Below, one piece after another: positions 45,303 through 54,730 of a stretch of DNA of 64,000 bases. The number at the start of each line of letters is the position of its first letter. Position 1 is the first letter of the stretch. Origin of the DNA: Deltaproteobacteria bacterium (GTDB taxonomy: Bacteria; Desulfobacterota; Syntrophia; Syntrophales; JAFGHS01); assembly GCA_016928025.1 (NCBI GenBank), contig JAFGLN010000047.1:32335-96334 (forward strand). Reading direction: 5' to 3'. The translations under genes and the position numbers were made by a program. Under the pieces are notes generated by a model. It did not search any database, had not been told where the DNA came from, and saw only the letters and a list, made by a program, of their open reading frames with translations.

Positions 45303-46913
45303 ATGAAAAAACGAAAGTTGGTAAAGCTTTTTTTCTTATTCATCACATTCTTATCCTTTATATTCGTCCCCATGGCATCTCAGGCAGACACTTTGGGGGC
45401 AGGTGATTTAAACAATGATCTCATCGTCGACATCAGAGACGCCATCTTAGCCCTTCAAATTCTATCGAGACAGGAAATCACCGGTTCTCCGGATCTAAAT
45501 GCCGACGTCGACGGCAACCAGCTCATCGGCATGGAAGAAGCGCTTTATGCCTTGCAGATTGCCGCGGAATTGCGTGAACCGCCTGTCCTGCAGGCTGTCT
45601 GGTCGCGGAGCATCGGGTACGGCGATACTTATGCGGATTATCATTCAGATTCACTTCGCCAGACATCCGACGATGGGTACATATTCGTATACGAAACGAT
45701 TTACGGCGGCGCCGGTGGTTATGATTTCGGCATCGCCAAGACGGACCCCGGCGGCATCATGCAATGGGCAAAAGTATGGGGCGGATCTTCCATAGAAGCG
45801 CCGAAGACGGTTTTAGAAGCACATGGAGGCGGATATCTCGTTGCGGGGGATTCCTATTCCTTCAGAACAGGCTCGCGTTATTGCGACATCATCCTGCTCA
45901 AACTTAACGCCGACGGCAGCCTGGCCTGGCAAAAAAATATCGGAGACACCGGGTATGATATTCCCGAAGTCATGGAATCCGTAACGGATGCAGGAGGTAA
46001 TCCGGACGGCTACATAATGGCGGCCTATACGACGTCATTCGGTGCCGGCGGTCGAGACATCTGGCTGCTGCGGTTGAATAACGACGGCAATATCGTCTGG
46101 CAGAAGACCTACGGCGGCTCAGGAGACGAATACCCCAGAGCGATCAAACCGACACCGGACGGGGGATTCATACTGGCGTCAGACACACAGTCATTTGGTG
46201 CAGGAGGAAGGGACGTGTGGGTCGTAAAACTGGACGCCAACGGCACGGTCGAGTGGGAAAAAGCTTATGGCGGCTTCGGCGCGGAATTTCCTGTAGGCAT
46301 CGAACCCGTAGGCACAGATGCCTATGTGGTGGGCGCCAGGACCGGTTCTTTCGGAAATGGTGAGGATTTCTGGGTTTTTAAGATCGATGCCGATGGCGAC
46401 CTGCTCTGGAATTATACGTATGGGGGTACCGATGATGATTCGGCTCAAGATTTGCGGAAGTCGGATGACGGCGGTTTCATGATGGTGGGGTGGACATACT
46501 CTTTCGGCGTTGATTACAACGATGCTTTATTAATAAAACTCGATGCCGACGGCAGCATTATTTGGCAAAAAATCTATAACAAACCCTATGAGTACGACGG
46601 CGAAATCATGAACGGACCGGACTGGGCTTACTCCGTAACACCCACATCGGACGGCGGATACGCGGTCATCGGCGATACCGACTTCTGGGATAGTGAACGC
46701 AATTCAGATATCTGGCTCTTTAAAGTAGACAGCACCGGGAAACTCGGTTGCGGAATTGCCATGGATTCATCGGCAACAGCAAACGGCAGCAACATAGTTT
46801 CTATAACAGGTGCGAATGCTTATTCCGTATCCAGCACAGCTGTCGTACCGGGTAATCCGGCGGGAATATTCTCAACGATTCATCCCGAAGAATTTGTCCA
46901 CTGCGAACCTTAA
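45303..46913 (+). CDS. secreted protein with N-terminal dockerin-like domain and beta-propeller repeats
   Basis: Signal peptide; GDLNND..VDIRDA...ADVDGN; about 7 repeats of D.W..K.DA.G...W.K.YGG. Confidence 0.8.
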   Translation: MKKRKLVKLFFLFITFLSFIFVPMASQADTLGAGDLNNDLIVDIRDAILALQILSRQEITGSPDLNADVDGNQLIGMEEALYALQIAAELREPPVLQAVWSRSIGYGDTYADYHSDSLRQTSDDGYIFVYETIYGGAGGYDFGIAKTDPGGIMQWAKVWGGSSIEAPKTVLEAHGGGYLVAGDSYSFRTGSRYCDIILLKLNADGSLAWQKNIGDTGYDIPEVMESVTDAGGNPDGYIMAAYTTSFGAGGRDIWLLRLNNDGNIVWQKTYGGSGDEYPRAIKPTPDGGFILASDTQSFGAGGRDVWVVKLDANGTVEWEKAYGGFGAEFPVGIEPVGTDAYVVGARTGSFGNGEDFWVFKIDADGDLLWNYTYGGTDDDSAQDLRKSDDGGFMMVGWTYSFGVDYNDALLIKLDADGSIIWQKIYNKPYEYDGEIMNGPDWAYSVTPTSDGGYAVIGDTDFWDSERNSDIWLFKVDSTGKLGCGIAMDSSATANGSNIVSITGANAYSVSSTAVVPGNPAGIFSTIHPEEFVHCEP

Positions 46914-46919
46914 ATGCAT

Positions 46920-46954
46920 GGGTAAAAAACCGCCATTAAGGCGGTTTTTTACCC
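46920..46954 (+). terminator. intrinsic (bidirectional-type) terminator
   Basis: GGGTAAAAAACCGCC-ATTAA-GGCGGTTTTTTACCC. Confidence 0.85.
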
Positions 46955-47120
46955 CCTCACTGAGTTATCGTTTTCATCATCGATGAATCCACCCATTCTT
47001 CTTCCTGTCTAAAACCGTTCTTATCAAATGAAAACGGCTATAGAGCTGCAAGGGACCGTCTGCGTCCTCAAAAAACAATCGTCCCTCATCATAAGCTCTT
47101 TTTTTTAACGTCAATTTCAA

Positions 47121-47149
47121 TTGACACGTCTATTCCCGAATGTTAAAAA
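47121..47149 (+). promoter_or_regulatory. candidate sigma70 promoter for frhB-like/iorAB
   Basis: TTGACA-17 bp-TAAAAA. Confidence 0.4.
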
Positions 47150-47256
47150 ATCAGTCTAATCCGTCACAGGAGGATGTTGTTGTGCAAGGCGGTTATGAAG
47201 ACTTAATCATCGTCGGGATCAACCAGGTCGGCTTTAAAGGCAGGAGGTCAAAGGAG

Positions 47257-48393
47257 ATGGACAACCAAGTTCAGAGCCGCGGTCAAAAAGAGCTCCAGGA
47301 ACAGGTCATAAATGCGCACCTCTGTGTAGGCTGTGGGGCGTGTGCTTATTTGTGTCCCTATCAGGTCATCTATAAGGATCAAACCATTGTACTGCATGAT
47401 TGCGATCTTGCGGAAGGCCGGTGCTATGCGTTCTGTCCGAGAACCTCCACGGATTATGACGCCATCAGAAAGGCCCTCTTTGATGAGGAAGACCTGACTC
47501 TGGAATTAGGACCGATCAAGGGATTTTATATTGTCAGGGCGGCCGGTGAAGTGAATCGTGCCAACGCCCAGCACGGAGGAACCGTTTCGGCGCTCATGGC
47601 CCTGGCCCTCGAAGAAGGCCTGATCGACGCGGCCATTGTCGCGGAGGGCGAAGATAATTTTCTTCATCACGGCATAGCGGTCACTGAGCCGATTGACATT
47701 AAAAAGCGGGGAAAGAGCAAATTCATCGTCTCACCGACCGTAGCCGAGTTCAACAAAATCGCCGCTGGCGACGCCAAAAAAATAGGTGTTGTGGCAACCC
47801 CCTGCCAGGCTCAGGCTTTCGCCAAGATGCGCATGAAACCCATCGCCGGTAAAGAAAGCCATATCGACAAACTGCAACTGGTCATCGGGCTGTTCTGCGG
47901 CTGGGCCCTGTCCTGGCGAAAATTCACCGACCTCCTGAGGCGCAGCACATCTCTTGAGTCCATCACGGGCATGGACAAACCGCCGGGAACGCAAACCGTT
48001 GAGATCTTCACAACAAACGGGACCATCATCCTGCCCGTGGACGACATCAATACCTGTATCCGCGAAGCCTGCCATTACTGCATCGATTCGACCGCCGAAT
48101 TCAGCGACATCTCCGTGGGCTCCGCCAGACTTCCGGAAAGCTGGGAAGAAACAAAAACCTGGAATCAGGTCATTGTCAGATCCGAACGGGGCCAGACCTT
48201 GTTGGAGCTGGCCCGTTCCAAAAATGTTCTTGAATTCCGCGACGTCCCGGAGGGCAATTTTGACGAGCTGAAAAAAGCGGCCGTCGAAAAGAAAAAAGGC
48301 GCGATCGAGCGGCTGAGAGAAAAAAGCGGGCAGCCCAACGATCTGATCTATCTGGACGAAAACGATCCGGTCATCAAAAAAATCATGGGTTAA
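47257..48393 (+). CDS. FrhB/FdhB-family (F420 hydrogenase beta-like) Fe-S flavoprotein
   Basis: CVGCGACAYLCP, AQHGGTVSAL, VATPCQ, IGLFC, CHYCID...DISVG. Confidence 0.85.
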   Translation: MDNQVQSRGQKELQEQVINAHLCVGCGACAYLCPYQVIYKDQTIVLHDCDLAEGRCYAFCPRTSTDYDAIRKALFDEEDLTLELGPIKGFYIVRAAGEVNRANAQHGGTVSALMALALEEGLIDAAIVAEGEDNFLHHGIAVTEPIDIKKRGKSKFIVSPTVAEFNKIAAGDAKKIGVVATPCQAQAFAKMRMKPIAGKESHIDKLQLVIGLFCGWALSWRKFTDLLRRSTSLESITGMDKPPGTQTVEIFTTNGTIILPVDDINTCIREACHYCIDSTAEFSDISVGSARLPESWEETKTWNQVIVRSERGQTLLELARSKNVLEFRDVPEGNFDELKKAAVEKKKGAIERLREKSGQPNDLIYLDENDPVIKKIMG

Positions 48394-48423
48394 CAGTCCT
48401 TGGCGCAAGATACGGAGGGCACA

Positions 48424-50361
48424 ATGTCAAAATTAATCGATGAAAACGAGGGCGCCCAATATTTGTATATGGGCAACGAGGCCATTGCGCGGGGCGCATT
48501 GGAAGCGGGAATAAGTCTCGCCAGCGGCTACCCGGGGACGCCGTCTTCGGAGATCATTGAAAATCTCGCCAAAGTCGCGGGCGAAAGGAATCTCTATGTG
48601 GAATGGTCGACCAATGAAAAAGTGGCCATGGAAGTCGCCGCGGCGGCTTCTTTCGCGCAGCTCAGATCGCTGTGTGTCATGAAACAAAACGGCGTGAATG
48701 TCGCGTCTGATTTTCTTCTGCATCTGGCGGGATCGGGTACCCGGGGTGGCATGGTGCTGGTAACCTGTGACGATCCGGGGGCGCTGTCCAGTGTCAACGA
48801 AGGCGAGTCGAGGCATTTTTTCCGGATGGTGGAGGTTCCGCTTTTGGAGCCCGGCGATTTTCAGGAAGCCAAGGACATGACGAAATGGGCCTTCGAGCTT
48901 TCCGAAGAACTTCGCAGCCTCGTCGCCGTCCGCAGCGTTACCCGCATGTCCCATGCCAGCGGCAATGTCAAAATCGGCAAACTGCCCAGTACGGACAAAC
49001 AGGCCGAATTCCGTTACAGCGGCTTCATCCTGGATCCGATGGAGGGTATCGTGGGGAGCGCCCCAGTCGCTTTCCGACACGCCGAACAGCAGGAAAAGAT
49101 AAAAAAAGTCCGGGAGATTTTCGAAGACTGCCCTTTCAATACCTATGAGGGCCCCGAAAAACCGGACCTTCTGGTTATCACGAGCAGTGCCTGCACCCTT
49201 TACAGCCGAGAGGCCATCAACCTTCTGGGGCTGCAGGACCGGGTGGGTCTGTTGAAAATCGGCACGACCTGGCCCCTGCCGCCGCGGCTGCTGACGAAAT
49301 ACCTGTCCCTGACGGACCGCATCCTGATCGTGGAAGAGGTCCTGCCTTTCCTCGAAGATAACGTGAAAATTATCGCCGCTGAACAGGCGAAGGCCATCGG
49401 TGTGAAAACATTTTACGGAAAAAATAACGGAACGATCCCCACAGCGGGAGAAATGAATCCCGATCATGTTGTGGCCGCCTTTTGCAAAATTCTCAACATT
49501 GAATATGTCACCATGTCTTCCGAATACGAGCAACGGGCGCAACTGCTTGGTTTTACCCTGGTCCCGAACCGGGAGCAGACTTTCTGCCCCGGCTGTCCAC
49601 ACCGGGCGTCGTTCTGGAGCATCCACAATGCCCTGCAACTTGACAACCGCAAAGGTTTCGTCTGCGGAGACATCGGCTGCTATACCATGGCCATGCTGCC
49701 CACGGGATTCAGCACCCTGAAGACCGTCCATTCCATGGGATCGGGAACGGGCATTGCTAGCGGCTTCGGCAAGCTGGGGCCATTCGGCATGGACCAGCCG
49801 GTGCTGTCCGTCTGCGGCGACTCGACGTTCTATCACGCCGCTATGCCCGCCCTGGTGAATGCCGTCCACCATAAGTCAAATATTATTATGATCGTCCTGG
49901 ACAACAGCGGTACGGCCATGACCGGCTTCCAGCCCCATCCGGGACTGGCGGTCAGCGCCATGGGCGACGAAGTGCCCGCTATCGATGTCGCTAAGATCTG
50001 TGAGGCCGTCGGCGCCCGAGTGGAAGTCCGAGACCCCTTCAATTTGAAGGAGACCCCGGATACGCTCCTCGAACTGATGGAAGATCAGGAAGGCGCCAAG
50101 GTTCTTATATTGAGACAGAAATGCGCTCTTTCCCCGGAGCGAAAAGCGAAAAAATACTTTGAGATGCAGGTGGATGAAGAGCGCTGTATAGGAGAAGAAT
50201 GCGGGTGCAATCGGCTTTGCACCAGGATTCTGCGCTGTCCCGGCCTGTTTTGGGACAAGGAAAAGAAGACGGCCCGGATCGACGAAGTGCTCTGCGCCGG
50301 CTGCGGCGTCTGTTCCTACATCTGTCCCGAGGAAGCCATTATCAGGAAGGAGGTGGCCTAA
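48424..50361 (+). CDS. iorA: indolepyruvate ferredoxin oxidoreductase subunit alpha
   Basis: MGNEAIARG, GYPGTPSSE, NEKVA, FCPGCPHR, GDIGCY, GDSTF...LDN..TAMTG, C-terminal 4Fe-4S. Confidence 0.93.
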   Translation: MSKLIDENEGAQYLYMGNEAIARGALEAGISLASGYPGTPSSEIIENLAKVAGERNLYVEWSTNEKVAMEVAAAASFAQLRSLCVMKQNGVNVASDFLLHLAGSGTRGGMVLVTCDDPGALSSVNEGESRHFFRMVEVPLLEPGDFQEAKDMTKWAFELSEELRSLVAVRSVTRMSHASGNVKIGKLPSTDKQAEFRYSGFILDPMEGIVGSAPVAFRHAEQQEKIKKVREIFEDCPFNTYEGPEKPDLLVITSSACTLYSREAINLLGLQDRVGLLKIGTTWPLPPRLLTKYLSLTDRILIVEEVLPFLEDNVKIIAAEQAKAIGVKTFYGKNNGTIPTAGEMNPDHVVAAFCKILNIEYVTMSSEYEQRAQLLGFTLVPNREQTFCPGCPHRASFWSIHNALQLDNRKGFVCGDIGCYTMAMLPTGFSTLKTVHSMGSGTGIASGFGKLGPFGMDQPVLSVCGDSTFYHAAMPALVNAVHHKSNIIMIVLDNSGTAMTGFQPHPGLAVSAMGDEVPAIDVAKICEAVGARVEVRDPFNLKETPDTLLELMEDQEGAKVLILRQKCALSPERKAKKYFEMQVDEERCIGEECGCNRLCTRILRCPGLFWDKEKKTARIDEVLCAGCGVCSYICPEEAIIRKEVA

Positions 50362-50363
50362 CC

Positions 50364-50984
50364 ATGGGAAACACTGCATTACCGAAAGATCCATACAGCA
50401 TTATTATCACGGGCGTCGGCGGCCAGGGAAATGTCATGGCATCCAGAGTTCTGGCCAACATGCTCGTTCGCAGAGGCTACCAAATAACCATCGGTGAGAC
50501 CTTCGGCGCCTCGCAGCGGGGCGGATCGGTCATGAGTCACATCCGCATATCCCAAAACGCCACCTGGAGTCCGCAGATCCCGAAGGGCAAAGCGGATGTC
50601 GTCGTCACGCTGGAACCGATCGAGGCCATCCGCGTCCTCATGACGTACGGCAACCCGGATGTCCAGGTCCTGACCAATACACGCCCCATTTACCCCGTGG
50701 GCGTCATCTCCGGTGAGTTGGCCTATCCTTCGATTGAAGAAATTCAGGAGTCCGTCAAAGACCTGTCGGCGCACGCCTGGTTTGTCGATGCAACGGAAGA
50801 GGCCATCAAAATGGGAAACCCCATCCTGGGCAATATCATTATGATCGGCGCGGTAGCGGGCATCGGCGCCCTGCCCGTCGACCGGGCAGATTTTGAAGAG
50901 GTCATCAAAGAGAATCTGCCGGCGGGAACCCTGGAGGTCAATCTGCAGGCGTTCGATGTGGGGGTGGCAAAGGTAACTGCATAA
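50364..50984 (+). CDS. iorB: indolepyruvate ferredoxin oxidoreductase subunit beta
   Basis: GVGGQGN, GASQRGGSVMSHIRI, NLQAF. Confidence 0.92.
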   Translation: MGNTALPKDPYSIIITGVGGQGNVMASRVLANMLVRRGYQITIGETFGASQRGGSVMSHIRISQNATWSPQIPKGKADVVVTLEPIEAIRVLMTYGNPDVQVLTNTRPIYPVGVISGELAYPSIEEIQESVKDLSAHAWFVDATEEAIKMGNPILGNIIMIGAVAGIGALPVDRADFEEVIKENLPAGTLEVNLQAFDVGVAKVTA

Positions 50985-51072
50985 ACATATGCATCAAACG
51001 AAACACCGCAAAGCATGTCATAATCGCTTTCATTTCCATGCAAAGAGGGTGTTTTAATAAGGAATATCAAGT

Positions 51073-51105
51073 CCCCCTTTTTTAAAGGGGGATTGAGGGG
51101 GATTT
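51073..51105. repeat. left REP-like hairpin flanking the DUF559 gene
   Basis: CCCCCTTTTTTAAAGGGGGATTGAGGGGGATTT; inverted copy at 51468-51498. Confidence 0.8.
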
Positions 51106-51108
51106 TTG

Positions 51109-51468
51109 ATGCTGCCCTACAATAAAAAACTCAAACCATTCGCCCGAAATTTGAGAAGTAACATGACGAATGCCGAAAAGCTTATCTGGTCGAAAATCAG
51201 GAGTAGACAGATAGGCGACTTGCACTTCTACCGGCAAAAAAATATAGGGAATTACATCGTCGATTTTTACTGTCCAAAGGGGAAACTAATTCTGGAAATC
51301 GATGGCGGACAACATTATGGGCATGATGGCATAAAGAAAGACCGGGAAAGGGATCAATATCTTCAGGTGCTCGGATTTTCCGTACTGCGATTTTCCGACA
51401 TCGATGTACTCAAAAACATCGATGGAGTTGTTAAAAGGATTCAGGAACATGTAAATTCTATTCTTTAA
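51109..51468 (+). CDS. DUF559-family (Vsr-like) endonuclease
   Basis: ARNLRSNMTNAEKLIW...FYRQKNIGNYIVDFYC...ILEIDGGQH...DRERD..L...GFSVLRF. Confidence 0.9.
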   Translation: MLPYNKKLKPFARNLRSNMTNAEKLIWSKIRSRQIGDLHFYRQKNIGNYIVDFYCPKGKLILEIDGGQHYGHDGIKKDRERDQYLQVLGFSVLRFSDIDVLKNIDGVVKRIQEHVNSIL

Positions 51469-51498
51469 AATCCCCCCTGCCCCCTTTAGAAAAGGGGG
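51468..51498. repeat. right REP-like hairpin flanking the DUF559 gene
   Basis: AAATCCCCCCTGCCCCCTTTAGAAAAGGGGG, near reverse complement of the left repeat. Confidence 0.8.
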
Positions 51499-51534
51499 TT
51501 TTAGAAAAATTATTTTATTGAAGGAGAAGTCAGG

Positions 51535-52731
51535 ATGGCAGGTGTATACAAAGCGGTCAAGGTCACGGATAACGTCTACTGGGTCGGTGCGATCGACTGG
51601 AATTTACGGGATTTTCACGGGTATACCACCAAAAGAGGAAGTACCTATAACGCCTATCTCATTCTGGCCGACAAAATCACCCTGGTCGATACGGTCAAGG
51701 CGCCGTTTAAAGACGAAATGATGCAGCGCATCGCCTCCGTTATCGATCCGGCGGACATTACCTACATCGTCTCAAATCATTCCGAAATGGATCATACGGG
51801 CTGCCTGGCCGAAACGATGGAAGCCGTAAAACCGGAGAAGGTTTTTGCTTCCATCATGGGCGCAAAAATCCTTCAGGAGCATTTCTCTTTCAGTCAGGAG
51901 ATCACGCCGCTCAAAGACGGAGAAACCCTAAGCCTCGGCAATAGGACTCTCTCTTTTATGGAAACCCGGATGCTCCATTGGCCGGACAGCATGTTTTCCT
52001 ATCTGGCGGAAGAGGAACTGCTGTTTTCCCAGGACGCCTTCGGCATGCACCTGGCCACGGCGGAACGATTCGACGACGAAATTGATCCCGCTATTTTGTA
52101 CTTTGAAGCGGCCTATTATTACGCCAACATCCTCCTGCCCTACTCGGCTCTCATAACCAAACTGCTCGAAAAGGTGGCCGCATCGGGCCTGACATTCAAG
52201 TTTATCGCCCCCGATCACGGCCCCATCTGGCGAACCGACAGGGAGACCATCATCAAGTCCTATGCCGGATGGGCGGCCCAGAAACCCACAAACAAAGCCG
52301 TTGTCGCCTACGGGACCATGTGGCACAGCACCGAGAAAATGGCTGGAGCCATCTGCGAGGGACTTAAAGAAGGCGGCGCGCATGCCATATTAATGAATAT
52401 GGACGCGTTTCACCGAAGCGATATCATCTACGAGCTCCTCGAAGCAGGCGCCCTGATTGTCGGATCGCCGACGTTAAACAATAACATGCTTCCGATCGTT
52501 GCCGACGTGATGACTTATCTGAAAGGATTGAAACCGCAAAACCTGATCGGCGCAGCTTTCGGATCTTACGGCTGGAGCGGCGAGGCGGCCCGGCAGGTCC
52601 AGGAGATTCTGAAAGACATGAAGGTCGAGCTGGTTGAAGAGCCGATCCGGGCAAAAAATGTTCCCAACGAGGATGTCCTGGCGCAATGCCATGCCCTGGG
52701 GAAAACCATTGCGGAGAAACTAAAGGCATGA
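51535..52731 (+). CDS. fprA: flavodiiron protein (FprA/ROO A-type flavoprotein)
   Basis: GSTYNAYL, NHSEMDH, HWPDS, SQDAFG, PDHG, GSYGWSG. Confidence 0.93.
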   Translation: MAGVYKAVKVTDNVYWVGAIDWNLRDFHGYTTKRGSTYNAYLILADKITLVDTVKAPFKDEMMQRIASVIDPADITYIVSNHSEMDHTGCLAETMEAVKPEKVFASIMGAKILQEHFSFSQEITPLKDGETLSLGNRTLSFMETRMLHWPDSMFSYLAEEELLFSQDAFGMHLATAERFDDEIDPAILYFEAAYYYANILLPYSALITKLLEKVAASGLTFKFIAPDHGPIWRTDRETIIKSYAGWAAQKPTNKAVVAYGTMWHSTEKMAGAICEGLKEGGAHAILMNMDAFHRSDIIYELLEAGALIVGSPTLNNNMLPIVADVMTYLKGLKPQNLIGAAFGSYGWSGEAARQVQEILKDMKVELVEEPIRAKNVPNEDVLAQCHALGKTIAEKLKA

Positions 52732-52807
52732 GAAGCCAGCCATATGAAAAAAATTCCGAAATCGTAAAGATTAAAGAGCAAAGAGCATTTGAAAGGAGGG
52801 AAATTTT

Positions 52808-52966
52808 ATGCAGCGTTATGTTTGTGGTGTCTGTGGTTACGTTTACGATCCCGCCGAGGGCGATCCGGACGGCGGAATTCCCAAGGGGGTCGCATTTGAA
52901 GACCTGCCGGATGACTGGACATGCCCCATTTGCGGCGCTGAAAAGAGTGAGTTTTCGCCCGAATAG
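52808..52966 (+). CDS. rubredoxin (52 aa; not in ORF track)
   Basis: Hand translation [52 protein letters not shown]; AGGAGG RBS. Confidence 0.97.
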   Translation: MQRYVCGVCGYVYDPAEGDPDGGIPKGVAFEDLPDDWTCPICGAEKSEFSPE

Positions 52967-53006
52967 AAGTGCAGGCATAGAAACACACCGATATTGAGAG
53001 GATTCG

Positions 53007-53501
53007 ATGAGCAAAACAAGGGATGCCTTGCATAAGGCCTATGAGGGTGAGGCGAAAGCGGCGCTCAGGTTAAAGGTTTTCGCGGAAAAGGCAAGCCAGG
53101 AAGGCTATAAACAGATCGCCAAATTATTCCGTGTCATTTCTTTTTCCGAAGAGGTGCACGGCGCGAGAGCGCTTCGGGTCCTTAAAGATATTAAAAGCAC
53201 CGAAGAAAATCTCACGGAAAGCTTCAAAAACGAACGAAATATCGCCGGTGTTGCTTATGATGCCTTCATCAAGCAGGCCGAAGAAGAAGGAAACAAAGCC
53301 GCGGTCCTTCATTTCAGCCAGAGCCGCGACGTTGAAGAGATTCACGCGAAGTTGTATAAAGAAGCGCTGGATCACTTAATGGAGGACAGAGAAACAACCT
53401 ATCATGTGTGCAAGGTGTGCGGCTATGTCGCCGACGGACATCTGCCCGATGTCTGCCCCATTTGCAACGCGCCCAAAACAAAGTTTGTTCAGATAGATTA
53501 A
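53007..53501 (+). CDS. rbr: rubrerythrin family protein
   Basis: AYEGEAKA, SEEVH, VEEIH diiron motifs; C-terminal CKVCGY...CPIC. Confidence 0.9.
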   Translation: MSKTRDALHKAYEGEAKAALRLKVFAEKASQEGYKQIAKLFRVISFSEEVHGARALRVLKDIKSTEENLTESFKNERNIAGVAYDAFIKQAEEEGNKAAVLHFSQSRDVEEIHAKLYKEALDHLMEDRETTYHVCKVCGYVADGHLPDVCPICNAPKTKFVQID

Positions 53502-53510
53502 GGAGGAAAA

Positions 53511-53577
53511 GGGTCAGTTCTACACAGGTTGAGGCCAGGGGTCAGTTTGAACTGATCCCAAAATGAGAACTGACTCC
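53511..53577. repeat. nested REP-like inverted repeats (GGGTCAGTT / AACTGAYYC)
   Basis: gggtcagttct ... ggggtcagtt-tg-aactgatccc ... agaactgactcc. Confidence 0.6.
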
Positions 53578-53590
53578 AAAATGAGGATAT

Positions 53591-54661
53591 ATGTACGCAG
53601 TCATTATGGCCGGAGGCAAGGGAAGCCGTTTCTGGCCGAAAAGCAGAGAAAGAATGCCCAAGCATTTGTTGGACATCATCAGCGAAAAAACCATCATTCA
53701 GGAAACGGTCGGGCGGATCAAACACCTCATTCCGGCTGAAAATATTTTCATCGTCACCGGAGCCAGCCATGCCGGCGAACTGATCAGGCAGCTTCCGGAA
53801 ATCCCTAAAGACAACATCCTGATTGAACCGGTCGGAAGAAATACAGCCCCCTGTATCGGTTTGGCCGCCGTTCATATCCGGGGAAAAGACCCGGATGCCG
53901 TCATGGCGGTCCTGCCTTCCGACCATTTGATCGCCAATGAAGCCCGGTTTCTCGACCTTTTAAAAATAGCCGCCGAAATGGCGGGAAAAGGCGATTATCT
54001 GCTGACGATCGGCATCGAACCGACAACGCCTGAGACCGGTTATGGTTATATTGAGCGGGGTGAAAAAATCGCCTCCATCAAGGATGAAGATATCTATACG
54101 GTAAGATCCATCCGGGAAAAACCGGATCTTGAAACGGCGAACGCCCTTCTGGAACAGGGCGGCTTTTTCTGGAACAGCGGCATGTTTGTATGGAAAGTCT
54201 CCGCCATTTTGGGCGCCATTGAGAAATGGCTGCCTGAAATCTATGACGGCCTGTCAACTATCGAGACAGCTCTGGGAACCTCACAGGAAAAAAAGGTGAT
54301 TGAAGAGGTCTACCAGACCATATGCAGCATCTCCATTGATTACGGTGTAATGGAAAAAGCCGATAACGCCCTGGTCGTTTCGGGGAATTTCGGATGGAAT
54401 GATATCGGAAGCTGGGACGCCCTTTGGGACGTCTTAGACAAAGATGAGCAGGGCAATGTCGTGAAGGGCCCGTTTATCGGGATCGACGCCGAGAACTCCC
54501 TGATTCACAGTCCCCGGAAACTGGTGGCGCTGGTCGGCGTGGAAGATCTGCTGGTGGTGGAAACGGATGACGCCCTTTTAATCTGCAAACGGGGGAAATC
54601 TCAAAAGGTCAAGAACGCCGTGGAAAAACTGGCGGAGCAGAAACAGACACAGTATCTGTAG
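53591..54661 (+). CDS. manC: mannose-1-phosphate guanylyltransferase
   Basis: MAGGKGSRFWPKSR..PK, EPVGRNTAP, PSDH, WNSGMF, SIDYGVMEK, WNDIGSW. Confidence 0.92.
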   Translation: MYAVIMAGGKGSRFWPKSRERMPKHLLDIISEKTIIQETVGRIKHLIPAENIFIVTGASHAGELIRQLPEIPKDNILIEPVGRNTAPCIGLAAVHIRGKDPDAVMAVLPSDHLIANEARFLDLLKIAAEMAGKGDYLLTIGIEPTTPETGYGYIERGEKIASIKDEDIYTVRSIREKPDLETANALLEQGGFFWNSGMFVWKVSAILGAIEKWLPEIYDGLSTIETALGTSQEKKVIEEVYQTICSISIDYGVMEKADNALVVSGNFGWNDIGSWDALWDVLDKDEQGNVVKGPFIGIDAENSLIHSPRKLVALVGVEDLLVVETDDALLICKRGKSQKVKNAVEKLAEQKQTQYL

Positions 54662-54698
54662 AAAAACAATCCTATAAACAATAATTGTTGGATCTTTC

Positions 54699-54730
54699 CC
54701 TTGGACCTTGCTCCTTGAACCTTGCTCCTT
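54699..54730. repeat. heptamer tandem repeat (CCTTGNN)x4
   Basis: ccttgga ccttgct ccttgaa ccttgct cctt. Confidence 0.75.

Noticed and set aside
45650-46750. Periodic repeats that might suggest a CRISPR-like array
   Set aside because: They are degenerate protein-level propeller repeats within an ORF, with no identical DNA repeats separated by spacers
48433-49872. Long antisense ORF (479 aa), and similar ones at 4449-5291, 12109-13056 and 31032-31874
   Set aside because: They lie opposite well-supported genes and have no recognisable motifs; typical shadow ORFs from codon bias
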